Below are positions 13,490 through 25,196 of a stretch of DNA of 64,000 nucleotides, in pieces. The translations under genes and the position numbers were made by a program. Location of the stretch: the NCBI GenBank assembly GCA_043228905.1, contig JBHGNT010000005.1:6882001-6946000 (forward strand). Reading direction: 5' to 3'. The notes beneath the pieces were generated by a model that saw only the letters and a list, made by a program, of their open reading frames with translations, was not told the DNA's origin and ran no database searches. The DNA is from Azolla caroliniana. Taxonomy: Eukaryota; Plantae; Polypodiophyta. Positions within the stretch are counted from its first letter, which is position 1, and every line of letters starts with the position of its first letter.

Positions 13490-15099
13490 GAGTATACGCA
13501 AGGTTTAAAGTATATTAACAAAGGAGAAAGACTCAACATTATACAAGGTGGGAGGAAGGTGCTTTATGTAGTCAACCTCTCTCTTCATTAACTACAAGAC
13601 TCATGGAGCATGGGGAATGTGAAAGCTCATAAGTTATGTGTCATAGAATATGATTCTATGACTCATACTAAATGCTAGAATACAAGGTGGTGACATAATG
13701 GTGACTCTTGACTGTTGGAGTGTCTCTTCACTCTCAAGGTGAGTTCACACACTAGACCAAGTTGAGCTTGATTCTCAACATATATATATGCATTCGTCTC
13801 GTTTCCGTTGTTTCATTCGGTTGTGGTTTCTGTGTATCTGTGTGTGTGTGTGTGTGGAAGCACGACCGTTGTCTTTCTTGCTCCTACTCCTGATCGGTTA
13901 CTCCTCGGTCCAAGTCCCATGTGGTCCCACCTCGTTCTATACGCACGTGCGTAATCGGAAGAGGAAGCGGAAATAAGAACCGGACAGGACCCCGAATTGG
14001 ATTCGGATGAAGAACAAACAGAGGAGCCGGTTCCCGAAAGCCATGGATGGAGATATCCTCTCCGAGAGAGAAGAGCCCCCCGAAGATTTCCAAATGTAGA
14101 GCATGTGTTGCTAACCGATGAGGGGGAGCCAGAAAGCTTTGAAGAATCAAGGGGAGACACCCACATCCGCAAGTGGTTGAGTGCCATGTAGGATGAGATG
14201 GATTCCTTGCATGAGAACCACACATACGAATTGGTGGAGTTGCCGAAAGGAAAGAGGGCACTCCGGAACAAGTGGGTGTACAAGTTGAAACCGGGAGATG
14301 CCGGAAATCCACCAAGGTATAAGGACCGAATCGTGGTGAAGGGTTTCCAGCAGAAGAAAGGAGTGGACTTCGATGAGATCTTTGCCCCAATAGTAAAGAT
14401 GACAATCATCCGGACGGTACTGGGCATAGTGGCAAGCATGGACCTCGAGGTAGAGCAACTGGACGTGAAGACGACATTCCTCCATGGTGACCTCGAAGAG
14501 GAGATCTACATGTAGCAACTGGAAGGATTTGAGAAGAAAGGGAAGGAGCACTTGGTGTACCGGCTGAAGAAGAGATTATACAGTGTTGTGGAGAAAACCG
14601 CCCCTAGGAGGAATCGAGGGGAGGAGGCGTGATCCAATCCTTTTTGCGTGCGTGTGCGTTTATGAATTGTACATAGCTAGGGATAGATCGGCTGATGTAC
14701 ATATGTACTAGGAAGGGTATTAATTGTCTAGGGAATTGATGTGTATCTCGATCCGAAAGGACAAAGAATAAAGTTGATGTGTTTGGATGTAACGGCCTCC
14801 TCAGCGACCTATAAAAGGGAGAGGAGAAGAAGAAGATAGGTATCGCGTTTTGGCGAGGATGAAGTGCTGTCGGACTAGGGACCGAGCTCTCTCCTCCTGA
14901 ATCGTTGCCCTCCACTACGTTTTTGTGTCGGTTGCCTCTGCTATGCGTAGGTCCGTGTGCTTCCAGTAGAGGCTCCATTGTGCGTTCTTTGTGTAGTTCG
15001 TGTGTGTGTGTGGGACCTCCGTTTTGGGTCTGTTGCCAGTTGGCCGGTTGTAATCGTTGTTGACATCGTAATTGAATCTTATGTTCCTCTCTCTCTCTA

Positions 15100-16100
15100 C
15101 AACGTCCCTGCAACGGTCGTGCTATTGTTGCCACGTTGCCGTCGCTGCCGTCTGCGACGTCTGTCGCCGCTTACTACCGTGCTGCACACTCTCTCTCTCC
15201 CCCCCATTGTGTTGTCGTCTGTTGCCGTGTTGCCGCCTTTGACGTCCGTCACCGTCTACTGACGTCCATCGCCGTCTGTTGCCGTCTGTTGCCGCACTGC
15301 CGTCTGCTGCCGTCTGTTTCCGTCGATCGCCGTCTACTGCCGTCTGCGTGCTGTACGACCTGCTACCGTTTGTCATTATCCGTCGTAGTCGCCGTTTCCG
15401 TTGCCTTGTTCCTCCTCCACTTCCTTCTCTCTCTCTCTACCCTCTCTCTACTCTCTCTCTCTCTCTCTCTCTCAACAACGTCCCTGCAACGGTTGTGTTG
15501 CTGTTGCCACGTTGTTGTCTACGACGTTTGTCACCGCCTGCTACCGTGCTGCACTCTCTCTCTCTCCCCCCCATCGTGCTATCGTCTGTTGCCGCATTGC
15601 CGCCTCTGACGTCCGTCGCCGTCTGTTGCCACGCTACCATCTGTTGCCGTCTGTTGCCATCTGTTGCCGTCGATTGTCATCTACTGTCGTCTGCATGCTA
15701 GACGACCTGCTGCCGTTCGTCATCGTCCGTCATAGTCGCCTTTTTTGTTGCCTTGTTCCTCCTCCACTTCCTTCTCTCTCTCTATATCTCTCTCTCTCTA
15801 CTCTCTCTCTACTCTCTCTTTCTCTTTGTGCAACGTCCCTGCAACGGTTGTGCTGCTGTTGCCACGCTGTCGTCTGCGACGTCTGTCGCCGCCTGCTACC
15901 GTGCTGCACTCTCTCTCTCCCCCCCAATCGTGTTGTCGTTTGTTGCCGCGCTGCCGCCTCTAACGTCCGTCGCCGTCTACTGACGTCTTTCGCCGTCTAT
16001 TGCCGTCAATCGCCATCTACTACCCGTCTGTGTGCTGGACGACCTACTGCCGTTCGTCATCGTCCGTCGTAGTTGCCGTTGCCGTTGCTGTGTTCTTCTC
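15100..16100 (+). repeat. Three tandem ~355-376 bp monomers in the LINE 5' UTR
   Basis: CAACGTCCCTGCAACGG recurs at 15100, 15476 and 15831, each preceded by (CT)n. Confidence 0.85.
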
Positions 16101-16278
16101 CTTCTTGTTCTTGACATTGCCGAGTGCCGTGTTTCTTTTCTTGGCAGCGCATCCTTCCTTTGTGGGTTCTTTTAGTGTGCTCGTCGCGTGCAAAATGCCA
16201 ATGTGACTGCGACATACACACAAACTCGGCTAAGTCTCGAACCCATTTATTTTATCTTTTTTTCTTATTGACACTACA

Positions 16279-17085
16279 ATGTCTAAATGAAAGGAACATA
16301 AGTATACACAAGATGAGGCTATAAGTAAGGAGGACTTTTTAGATATGTTTAACCGTTTAACAGAAATAGAGATGGATATGAAAAAATGGGTGAAAGACGC
16401 CGAAACCCACAAGAAAAAAGGTAGAGAGGAAAAAGACGCCCTCAAGGCCGAAATAGAAAAACTTAAAGAGGAAAACACAAACCTCAAACAACAACTTAAT
16501 GACGTCGAGGTATCCCGAGAGGACGGTGAAATATCCTCCATAGAGGATATAAAAGATGAGATCAAAAAAGTTAAAGAGGAGGTTAAAAATAACATAGAGT
16601 TAGCAAAAACGGGTTGGGTAGATGTGGTTAAAAGAAACATTAAAAAAGAAATAAAAGATGAAAATATTGTTAATACCACCCTTGAAGAGGAGAAAATGCG
16701 TTAGGCCCGACGTCTAAATGTGCGTGTCACTGGGCTCAAGGAAGGTGCATCCTCGGACGAGGATGCACAAACACTTGGGAAAATGTTAGGGTACACAACG
16801 ATCCTACCTATCACCAAAGCTTGGAGGGCCGAACGCGACACAACTAGGAAGAGGGCCTTATTTCTTCAATTTAAAGACTTAGACTCTAGAATCACTTTCT
16901 TTAAGAAGAGACCAATTCTTCGAGGATTGGGTGGGGACCCTATCTATCTCGATGAAGACCTCACCAAGATGCAAATTGAGCATCGCAAGAGTTGTATGCC
17001 AAAGGTTAGGCAAGCTCGTAAAGAAGGGCATCGCGCCTTTTATCGAGATGGGTGAGTGATCATAAATGATTGCACTACTAATTGA
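16279..17085 (+). pseudogene. LINE ORF1 (coiled coil plus probable RNA-binding domain)
   Basis: Same-frame segments 16345-16704 and 16720-17055; RVTGLKE and IYLDEDLT motifs typical of LINE ORF1. Confidence 0.75.
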
Positions 17086-20000
17086 CGACGTGTGGCCCCT
17101 GTGACAGAAAACACACTTAGGATCACCTTATGGAATTGTGACGGCGCACTCTGGACACACCCCGGCCGCCTAGAGGAGATATTAAAGGAATTAGATATAG
17201 TTTTCCTAGTAGAAACACACCAAAACCCAAATAGGGGACTCCCATGAGTCAAAGGATTTCGTTGGGAGTTGGCTTTTAGACAAACCTCACGTCGATGCAC
17301 TACCAGGGGATCTGGAGGTGTCACAATATTGTTTCGGAGGGAGCTACATAATAGGATAGAAATACTGAGCACAGACCCAGAAGCTCGTTTTATGTGGGTG
17401 AAAGTGTCCACAAGCAAGGACAAGGCAATATTTTTCGCCATTTGTTACTTCCCCCTGAAAGGCTCTCGTTATAATCTGGGTGGCGAGGCGAGATTAGTTG
17501 ATGAAGGAGTGCCACATGGGCCTTCCCCATATGAACCTCTATCGGATGACATAATCCGATATTCTTCCCAAGGAGAAGTATTCCTTGTAGGAGACTTTAA
17601 TGCGAGAACCCAATGCCGACAATGCACAATATTTCAAATGAATAGAAACCTAGAAAAGGTAAATGTCGATCCTTTAGACATAGGCACCACACGTAGATCA
17701 AAGGATCAAGGTGCGGACGCCACGAGCTTTGGCCATCATTTGCTCGAACTTGGCAGTTGGCATCAGATGGTCATATATAATGGTTTGGCCAAGTGGCTAG
17801 GTTTGGAAGAGCTCACATGTTTCCCACATGGAGGAGGGGAAAGCACAATTGATTATCTAATAGGACGCCCTGAAGCTACCCACATGATTAACTCCTTCCG
17901 AGTGGCCCCATGTCCTATTGGTGCGGACCATAGTTTCTTATACTTCGAGCTAAAATGCGATATCTCTAACGTCACCAACTGTAGTCAACCACGCCATGAC
18001 ATCACAATACATTTCACACATGAGCTCTCTGACATATATGCTCGACATGTTCACACCCATCTCTCCTCCCTTGATCCCTCCCTACCTTTAGAGAGCCTTA
18101 GTACGAAACTCACACACATCCTTCACTCTACAGTAGTTAGCAGTTTCCCATACACGAAACACTCCAATCAAGGTAAAGTAGGATCTATGCCACAAAATAG
18201 ATGGTATGATGAGGATTGTAGGTGCTTACATAGACAACTTACAATATAGCAACTCAGTGGTAGTATTACGTCAGTACAAGCTTGTAAAGAAATGCGCAAG
18301 ATGACACGTCATAAGAGACGAGCATGGGAGGCATCCCAATATTGGGAACTCTACCATATGCTCATGAGTAGTGATTGTGCCACTGCATGGAAGAGATTAC
18401 GGGAACCAAGACCACAAACACCCATCGAAGATCCCGAAACTTGGCACACTTATACAGAGAGACTTTACCAAATCCCAAACCAACCACCCATTCCAATGCC
18501 TTCTACACCCCGACCTACTATGGGGACACTCTTCACGACCTCTAGGGTCACGAAGGTCATTAAGAAATTACAACATAGGAAGTCCATGGACCACACACGA
18601 TTGCGAGCAGAACACATCATATATGCGAGAGAGTGCCTAGCTCCCTTGCTAACTCTAATCTTCAATCGTGCCCTCGTAGAGGGTTTTCCACCACAATGGA
18701 CCATGAACACAGTGGCCCCCATACATAAAGGGGGGTCCCCATGGACCCAAATACTTATAGGACCATTATGATAGGTCATACCCTTGCTAAATTATATGGT
18801 GCAGTAATGGAGGCAGAGCTTAGCGATTATATGGAGACCTTAAATCTTCGTGGACCTGAACAAGCTAGCTTTCGACGAGCCTTCTCCACTATTGATCATA
18901 TCTTCACACTAAGATGCCTAATTGACCAGACTAAGGCTCGCAAGAAGAAACTATATTGTTGTTTTGTGGACTTCCGCAAAGCCTTTGACACGGTCTCTAG
19001 AGAGCGGTTGTTTGATAGGCTTAAGAGCTCGAGGATACCAGATGATATGGTTTGGGCTATCTATGCACTATATGAACAAGTGTCCGGGTGTGTTCGATGC
19101 CCAGGTGGCATATCCGATAGTTTCACTAGCACTATTGGTGTAAAACAAGGTTGCCCCTTATCTCCGACTCTTTTTGGGATCTACATTGATGAGATCATAG
19201 ATTTTATTGCTCGTAAGGGAGGCAATGGAGTAGTCCTTGGGGATACGCAGGTGCATATCTTGCTCTATGCAGATGACATAGTTTTGCTCTTTGAATCCGA
19301 ACACGACCTACAAAGGCACCTTAATGCCTTAGATGACTTTTGCACACAATGAGGATTGGTAGTGAATCTAGGGAAAACTAAAGTCCTTATCTTCCACACG
19401 TCGGCCCAAGTTAGAGCTAAGTGTCACCTAACTATCTCCCATAGCCCAGTTGAGGTGGTTGGATCATATGTCTATCTCGGAGTCACTTTTAGTGCCCGCT
19501 CAGGTAAATTTTCGAAGCAAGAGGACAGAAACAACGAAGGATAGACTTACAAGAGGACATGCATCCCTCTCACTCCTCGAGAGACAATGCCACCAAGCAT
19601 ACTTCCAAGAGCCACGAACTAAAGGGTGGCTCTTTGACTCATTAGTGACTCCCTCTCTCATGTATGCATTAGCGGTTTGGGCTCCAGGACTACCATCTTT
19701 CACGTGGACGCAATTAGAGAGACCATTGGTGATGATGTTATCACGCCAAATCCGAAGCAAATCGTCGGTCCCACATGACATTATTAGGGCTGAGTTCACT
19801 CTACCCCCTATGTTAGTAGAAGCACTTTTTCAACTTGTAGTCTTTATCCACAGGATACATAACCAACCACTTGATAGAATATCCCATCAAGCCTTTAAGG
19901 CTTCTCGAGCACTGTATGAGTCCGGCTATACTAGCTCATGGTATGGCATGATGGTGAGTTGGCTTCTTGCCAACGGTCTAGACATTAATAACCTCCCCCC

Positions 20001-20829
20001 CCTTAAGTACGACCACACGACTGATAACACTTTAATCTCTCATGAGGACTGTAATAAAGTAATACGCCAAGAAATATGACAAATTTATACTCGGTATAAA
20101 TGGATCACCCCACTAGAGCCACTCCCATCTAAAATGTCGTACTATAAGGAACACTTTATGCACTTCTCTAAGTTAGGTTTTATCACGCAGCCAAGATATC
20201 TAGATGTATTCTTACCACATGCACTAAGGGTTGCCATTGGTCAACTTAGAATATCATCTCATCAACTTGAGATTGAGAATGGACGTACTAATGGAGTCCC
20301 TAGGGAGGAAAGGATATGTAGGTTATGCCACATAGAGATAGAGGATGAGTACCATTTTACATGCAAATGCCCCACCTATGCCGAGATAAGGGCAAAATAC
20401 CAAGACATACTTGGTTCCTCTCCCACCCTCCCTAAACTATTAGATACACTAGATATAAAGAAATTAGGTAGATACATCTTAGAATTGAAACAACACAGAG
20501 AGAATAAGTTACAAAACGTTGATAATGTTTACCAACATGTAACAAATGAAGTTTTTCAGGAACAGGGGGAGACAATGAATGTCGACACACCTGCACCACT
20601 CGGGCTTTTCCTTGATGAAGCAAAAAATCAAAGAAGAACCAAACGCCCTTGGAGGCCGGGTTTCAAAGCAACTCAACGAGATGTAGAAGAAATAAAGAAA
20701 ATAAGGGAACGTGAACTACACCGCCTAGAAGCCATGGCTAGGGCACTCTATACATTGGGACCATGGGTCACACCCACACCAAAAACTTTTGACCTCCCAC
20801 TTCTTTTTGAGAGACTTGGGTGGAAATGA
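17086..20829 (+). pseudogene. LINE ORF2: AP endonuclease, reverse transcriptase, C-terminal CCHC
   Basis: LWNCDG, VGDFNAR, STIDY, ADH, FVDFRKAFD, GVKQGCPLSP, LYADD, RICRLC...EDEYHF...CP. Confidence 0.92.
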
Positions 20830-21123
20830 GATTAGGCTTAGTGTAAAGTTTTGTACACTACTAGAACTCTCTTAGCTTAAGCTATTTTCTTTTATTTTAG
20901 TTTTGATGATTGGATAAACACTCATTTTTGTTGTAAACCAATTGTCTCATAGGCCAAATTTGGCCTTAGAAGACGTTAATATATCTTTCTTTCTTTCTTT
21001 CTTTCTTTCTCTCTCTGTGTTTCTGTGAGTCGTGCTCCCTCTTCTTTTCTTACGCTCCTTGGTTCAAGGCCCCTGTGGTCCCGCCTTATTCCACACGCGA
21101 GAGCGTAACAACATGACATTATT

Positions 21124-21141
21124 TGGTGAACCCGACATGAA
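21124..21141 (+). promoter_or_regulatory. PBS tRNA-Trp (element W)
   Basis: TGGTGAACCCGACATGAA, 17/18 to the complement of the plant tRNA-Trp 3' end. Confidence 0.85.
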
Positions 21142-21159
21142 AGAAGGTGGCAAAGGAGT

Positions 21160-22815
21160 TGAGGATGAGGGGATCCAAGCTCGCTGAAGCTATGGCAGTA
21201 GCCATCGACCGGTTGGTGAGCGCTCGTGAGGGAACGGGTGCCCTTGATATGGCCATAGAATTGATTGTCGGCACCATAGGATGATTCGGTGGGAAGAATG
21301 CCACCAGCAATTTGGAAGCCTATTGGGCCGAAATGATCATGAGGGACATCCCAGAGGACAAGCGGTTGTCAGGATTCCCTCGAGTGGTGACGCCGAGCAT
21401 CCACGTGGAGGTGCTTGAGGTGTTGGCTGGATGCCAGGCTTGGGTGGAGCTCGAGGGGCGGCTCCTCGAGAAGTACGGGTATGACGATTCGCTTTGACTG
21501 TCGAAGCGGGACTTCATGTCTTGGGTTGAGAGCCCTGGGAAGGGGAGGAACATGTCGGTGCTCCTCCAGGAATTCAAACAACGGTTCACTTGGCTATCGA
21601 CGCTGGATCGGACCGTGCTCGACACGAGCAGGGTCTTGCTGTTCGTCAGGTTGGTGCACGTGTTGGATTGAGGGAAGGTAGGTCTCCTATTGGAGACGGA
21701 TGAAGGCCTCACGACCGATTGGGCCGTGGTCAAAGGGGCCTGCGCCCGCTTTGACAAGTGGTGCGAGTGGAGCGATGAGGGCTCGACGACGTTGGGGCTG
21801 GTCCCGATGAGGAAGCTCGAGGAGCCGGTATCGGTGCCGGATGGGAAGGAAGAGACTCGGAATTGGCTCGAAACGGGCCTAACCTCGAGCGGAGTGGTCC
21901 ATGGCTCTTCCCAAGGAGCGGCTCTGGAAGAGCTGACGCAAATGGTGTGCAACCTCCAGATCGCACAAGCACAGAGGGACAACGACGATCAACCTCGTGA
22001 CCGGAGGCCGCTGACAGGGCAACAATGCATGTGGTGTGACGCGGTCGGTCACATCCGGAAAGAATGCGCGCATTTCGTAGAGGCACTCCGGGCCAACGTG
22101 GTGTACCGGATTTCACAGAGGCCGTCCATTACTCCGCGTCGGCGGGTATCCGGGTCGGGGGGCGACGAGGACTGGAAGGCGAAAGACTCCGGATTTTGGC
22201 CGCTAGTGCTGGAAGGCCTCTCCGGGGTACGGCTAAAGAAGGAGGAGGCAGACTGCGCGGAACAACGCATCCGGGAGGTCACCGGATGGGACGATCTGGT
22301 TGAAGAAAAGACTGGCCTCGTGGAAGCCGCATGCTAGAACTACGAGGTTCTGGTAGAAGACAAGCGCGCGGGAAGGGCTGGATGCGTCGATCCCTCACAA
22401 CGGTACGAGACCCGGTTTGGACCAAAGAAGAACGATGCCGACAACACCGGGGTGTCAGAAAAAACGAAACGGGCCGGTTACCGGCTGAGCACGGAGATTG
22501 AGAGGTCAACGGACCTACGGAAGGTCCTCGAGGAGCGGATTCTCGACAGCAAGGTGGAGTTGTCGCTGAGGGAGGTGCTCGGAATCGCCAAGAAGGAGTT
22601 CCAAGACTCCATTGTGGACTTGGTGAAGCGAAAGCGGCTCTCGATGGAGCCGGAGCCGAAGAAGCCCGTGGAGGTGCGGACGATGCACCTAGAAGACACA
22701 ACCCTAGAGGATGAGTTGGCGGACAACTACTACGCGAAGCCGCATTGGGCCAGAGCCACTACGGAGACCCTTGTCCGGGTTGGGGACGTGCAGGAGCCGG
22801 TGGTAGCATTGGTAG
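21160..22815 (+). pseudogene. Gag of element W, interrupted by C2 at the protease active site
   Basis: Similar to Z gag; CMWCDAVGH...C knuckle; VVALV continues as DHGSEIN at 32819. Confidence 0.8.
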
Positions 22816-24500
22816 TGTTAGGAAACAAGTCCCTCCGGATGGGAAGTGAAAAGAACATTGAAGACCCGGTGAGAACCGGATGACAAGTACTCGGCAAGAG
22901 CCGGATGGTGAAGACCTGGTGAGAACCAGATGATGTGTGCCCGGCAAGCGCCAGATGATGCTGGCCCGGTGAGGAGTGCTCACCGGATGAAGGGACATAT
23001 TCGTAAATATGTTTCTGAGAGTCAATCGGGGCTATATTTGTAAATAGCCGAAAAGTCATATTAGTATAAATATGACTTAGGGCAAACTTAATGATCGTTG
23101 TTGTCATTCTTGTTGGTGCAAGATTAGAGCGCGTAATTGTGTACAGAGAGAGTGAGAGAGAGGAAGAGGTCGTTGCCTCTGTTGTAACCGCCGCTGTGGC
23201 GAAGATAGCAAGCTTGAGGTCATTGCTTTGGTGCTTTACTATTGTACATTCTAATATAGTGATAGTTTGCAATCTGTGGGCTGCCGTGGTTTTTCCCTAG
23301 TTTGGGTTTTCCACGTTAACATCATGTGTAATATTCTCTTCACTGTGTCATGCGTTCATTACCCGTTTTTCTGTGTTTTATCCTAGGCTCGGTTGTGGCC
23401 AAGCGTTGTTCATTGGAGCGTGTGTTCTTGTCAAATTGGTATCAGAGCAAAACGACACAGAAAATGGACGAATCGTTGGGAGGCATGTTCAAGCTCACCG
23501 GCTCCAACTATTCCGTGTGGAAGTCGAAGATGAGGGACATGCTCGTGGTTAAAGATCTTTGGTTGCCGGTTCAGTTCGGGGACAAGAGACCGGACAAAAT
23601 CGACGCCATGATATGGGAGGTGATACACATGAAGACAACGGCTTACATCCGATGCTTCATCGACATGAGTCTATACAACAACTTCAATGAAGAGAGCAAG
23701 GCTCATGAGCTCTGGGAGAAGATCGGCATGATGTTTGAAAACAAATATGCTGTTAATCAGGTTTCGGTATTTCGGAAGCTAGTAAGACTCCGATACCAAG
23801 ATGGCTCCAGCATGGCGGAGCACATGAATGCCTTCCAAGGGCTGATCCACTAGGCAACATCATTGGAAGTACCTCTCGTCGATGAGGTACTAGCGCTACC
23901 TCTGCTCGGTTCCCTCCCAGATAGCTGGGAGACGTTGGTTGTCACTTTGGGCAACGCCAGGCCGGAAGGGAAACAGTTATCCCTAGCAAGAGTGAAGTTG
24001 AGCTTGCTAGATCAAGAGGCGCGTCGGAAAGATAAGGATACGAGCTCTGACTCCAAAGCGCTCCTTACCGAATCGGAACGCGGAAGACAAAGGAACCGTA
24101 GCCCCCAGAACCGGGAAAAGTCGGGGACACGGTCAAAGTCAAGGGGGAGGCCTACTTGCTTCTATTGCGGCAAGCCAGGACACTTCCAGAAGAACTGTCG
24201 GCACTTCTGAAAAGACAAGGAAACCGATGGTACCGATTCGAAGCGGACACCGGAACGGTAAAGACCGGAGGGGGCCGGACCGGAAGTGAACGACGGCAAT
24301 CGCGGCAAGTGAAGAAGAGTTGATGCTCATCACCGAGGAGAGTGAGCTAAACTTTGCCGGCGACGAGATGACCTGGGTGGTCGACTTCAGAGCGTCGTTC
24401 CACCTTACCCCGGACTGGAAATGCTTCTTGTTGGGATTACGGTCCCTCCGGATGGGATGTCCGGAGATGAATGACGGCAAGCCCGGTTGCGGTTACGGAA

Positions 24501-24730
24501 CCGGATGATGAAGAGTACCCGGCATGAAGCCGGATGAAGAGTACCCGGATACGGATCCGGATGATGAAGAGTACCCGGCATGAAGCCGGATGAAGAGTAC
24601 CCGGATACGGATCCGGATGATGAAGAGTACCCGGCATGAAGCCGGATGAAGAGTACCCGGATGCGGATCCGGATGATGAAGAGTACCCGGCATGAAGCCG
24701 GATGAAGAGTACCCGGATACGGATCCGGAT
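24501..24730 (+). repeat. U3 tandem array, 4 x 56 bp (5 x 56 bp at ~29356-29641 in the 3' LTR)
   Basis: Unit CCGGATGATGAAGAGTACCCGGCATGAAGCCGGATGAAGAGTACCCGGATACGGAT. Confidence 0.95.
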
Positions 24731-25196
24731 GCAGGGACATATTTATGAATATGTTTGCTAAGAGCCCTTGAGGCTATATTTGTAAATATCCCGAAAGTCA
24801 TATATGTATAAATATGACTTAGGGCAAACAGTTAAAATGTTGTTGCTCATTTTTCATGAGAAGTGAGAGCAGCCGAGAGAGAGAGAGAGATAGAAACGAA
24901 GAGGTCGACGCCTCTGTGTAATACCGCCGCCTGTGGCGAGGACAGCGAGCTCAAGGTCGTCGCCTTGCAGCTCGCCATTGTATATTCCAGTGTATAGTGA
25001 TAGTTGGAGTCGTGCACTCCCGTGGTTTTTCCCGTTTAGGGTTTTCCACGTTATACCCTGTGTATTCGTCTCTCTGTGTCGTTTTTCCCATTTTCTGTTG
25101 TATTGATCCGCGTTGTCTCGGTTGTGGCCGAGAGGTGAAAGATTGGATAGCGTCAAAATCCCTACAAACTGGTATCAGAGCACGGTAACACAGAAA

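Larger units (their letters stand above)
7476..13780 (-). mobile_element. Ty1/Copia element C0, full length but decayed, inserted in a (TA)n tract of the Y LTR
   Basis: 3' LTR 7476-7880; 5' LTR 12596-13780 (interrupted); TSD TATAT; PBS TGGTATCAAAGC (iMet) at 12584-12595; PPT at 7881-7893. Confidence 0.95.
4761..13954 (+). mobile_element. Gypsy element Y (same family as W), 3' part: pol, PPT and 3' LTR (6973-7475 + 13781-13954)
   Basis: RT/RNase H/integrase similar to W and Z; PPT GGTGGGGGCGGA; LTR starts TGTCGTGGAGAAAACC like W; the last ~10 bp of the LTR appear deleted. Confidence 0.85.
15098..21008 (+). mobile_element. Near full-length non-LTR retrotransposon (APE-RT LINE, RTE-X-like), decayed
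   Basis: Repetitive 5' UTR, ORF1, ORF2, (TCTT)n tail at 20984-21008; sits in the (CT)n tract of the W LTR, compare the uninterrupted copy at 36520-36600. Confidence 0.88.

Noticed and set aside
14957-16206. Cys/Arg/Leu-rich ORFs
   Set aside because: Translations of low-complexity LINE UTR repeats
24501-24730. CRISPR-like regular repeats (also 13119-13345, 29356-29641, 38635-38800)
   Set aside because: No unique spacers and no cas genes; these are tandem repeats within LTR elements
25113-25196. N-terminal extension of C1 Gag-Pol in the ORF track
   Set aside because: Starts at a TTG inside the LTR and crosses the PBS; ATG 25197 matches the C5 Gag start
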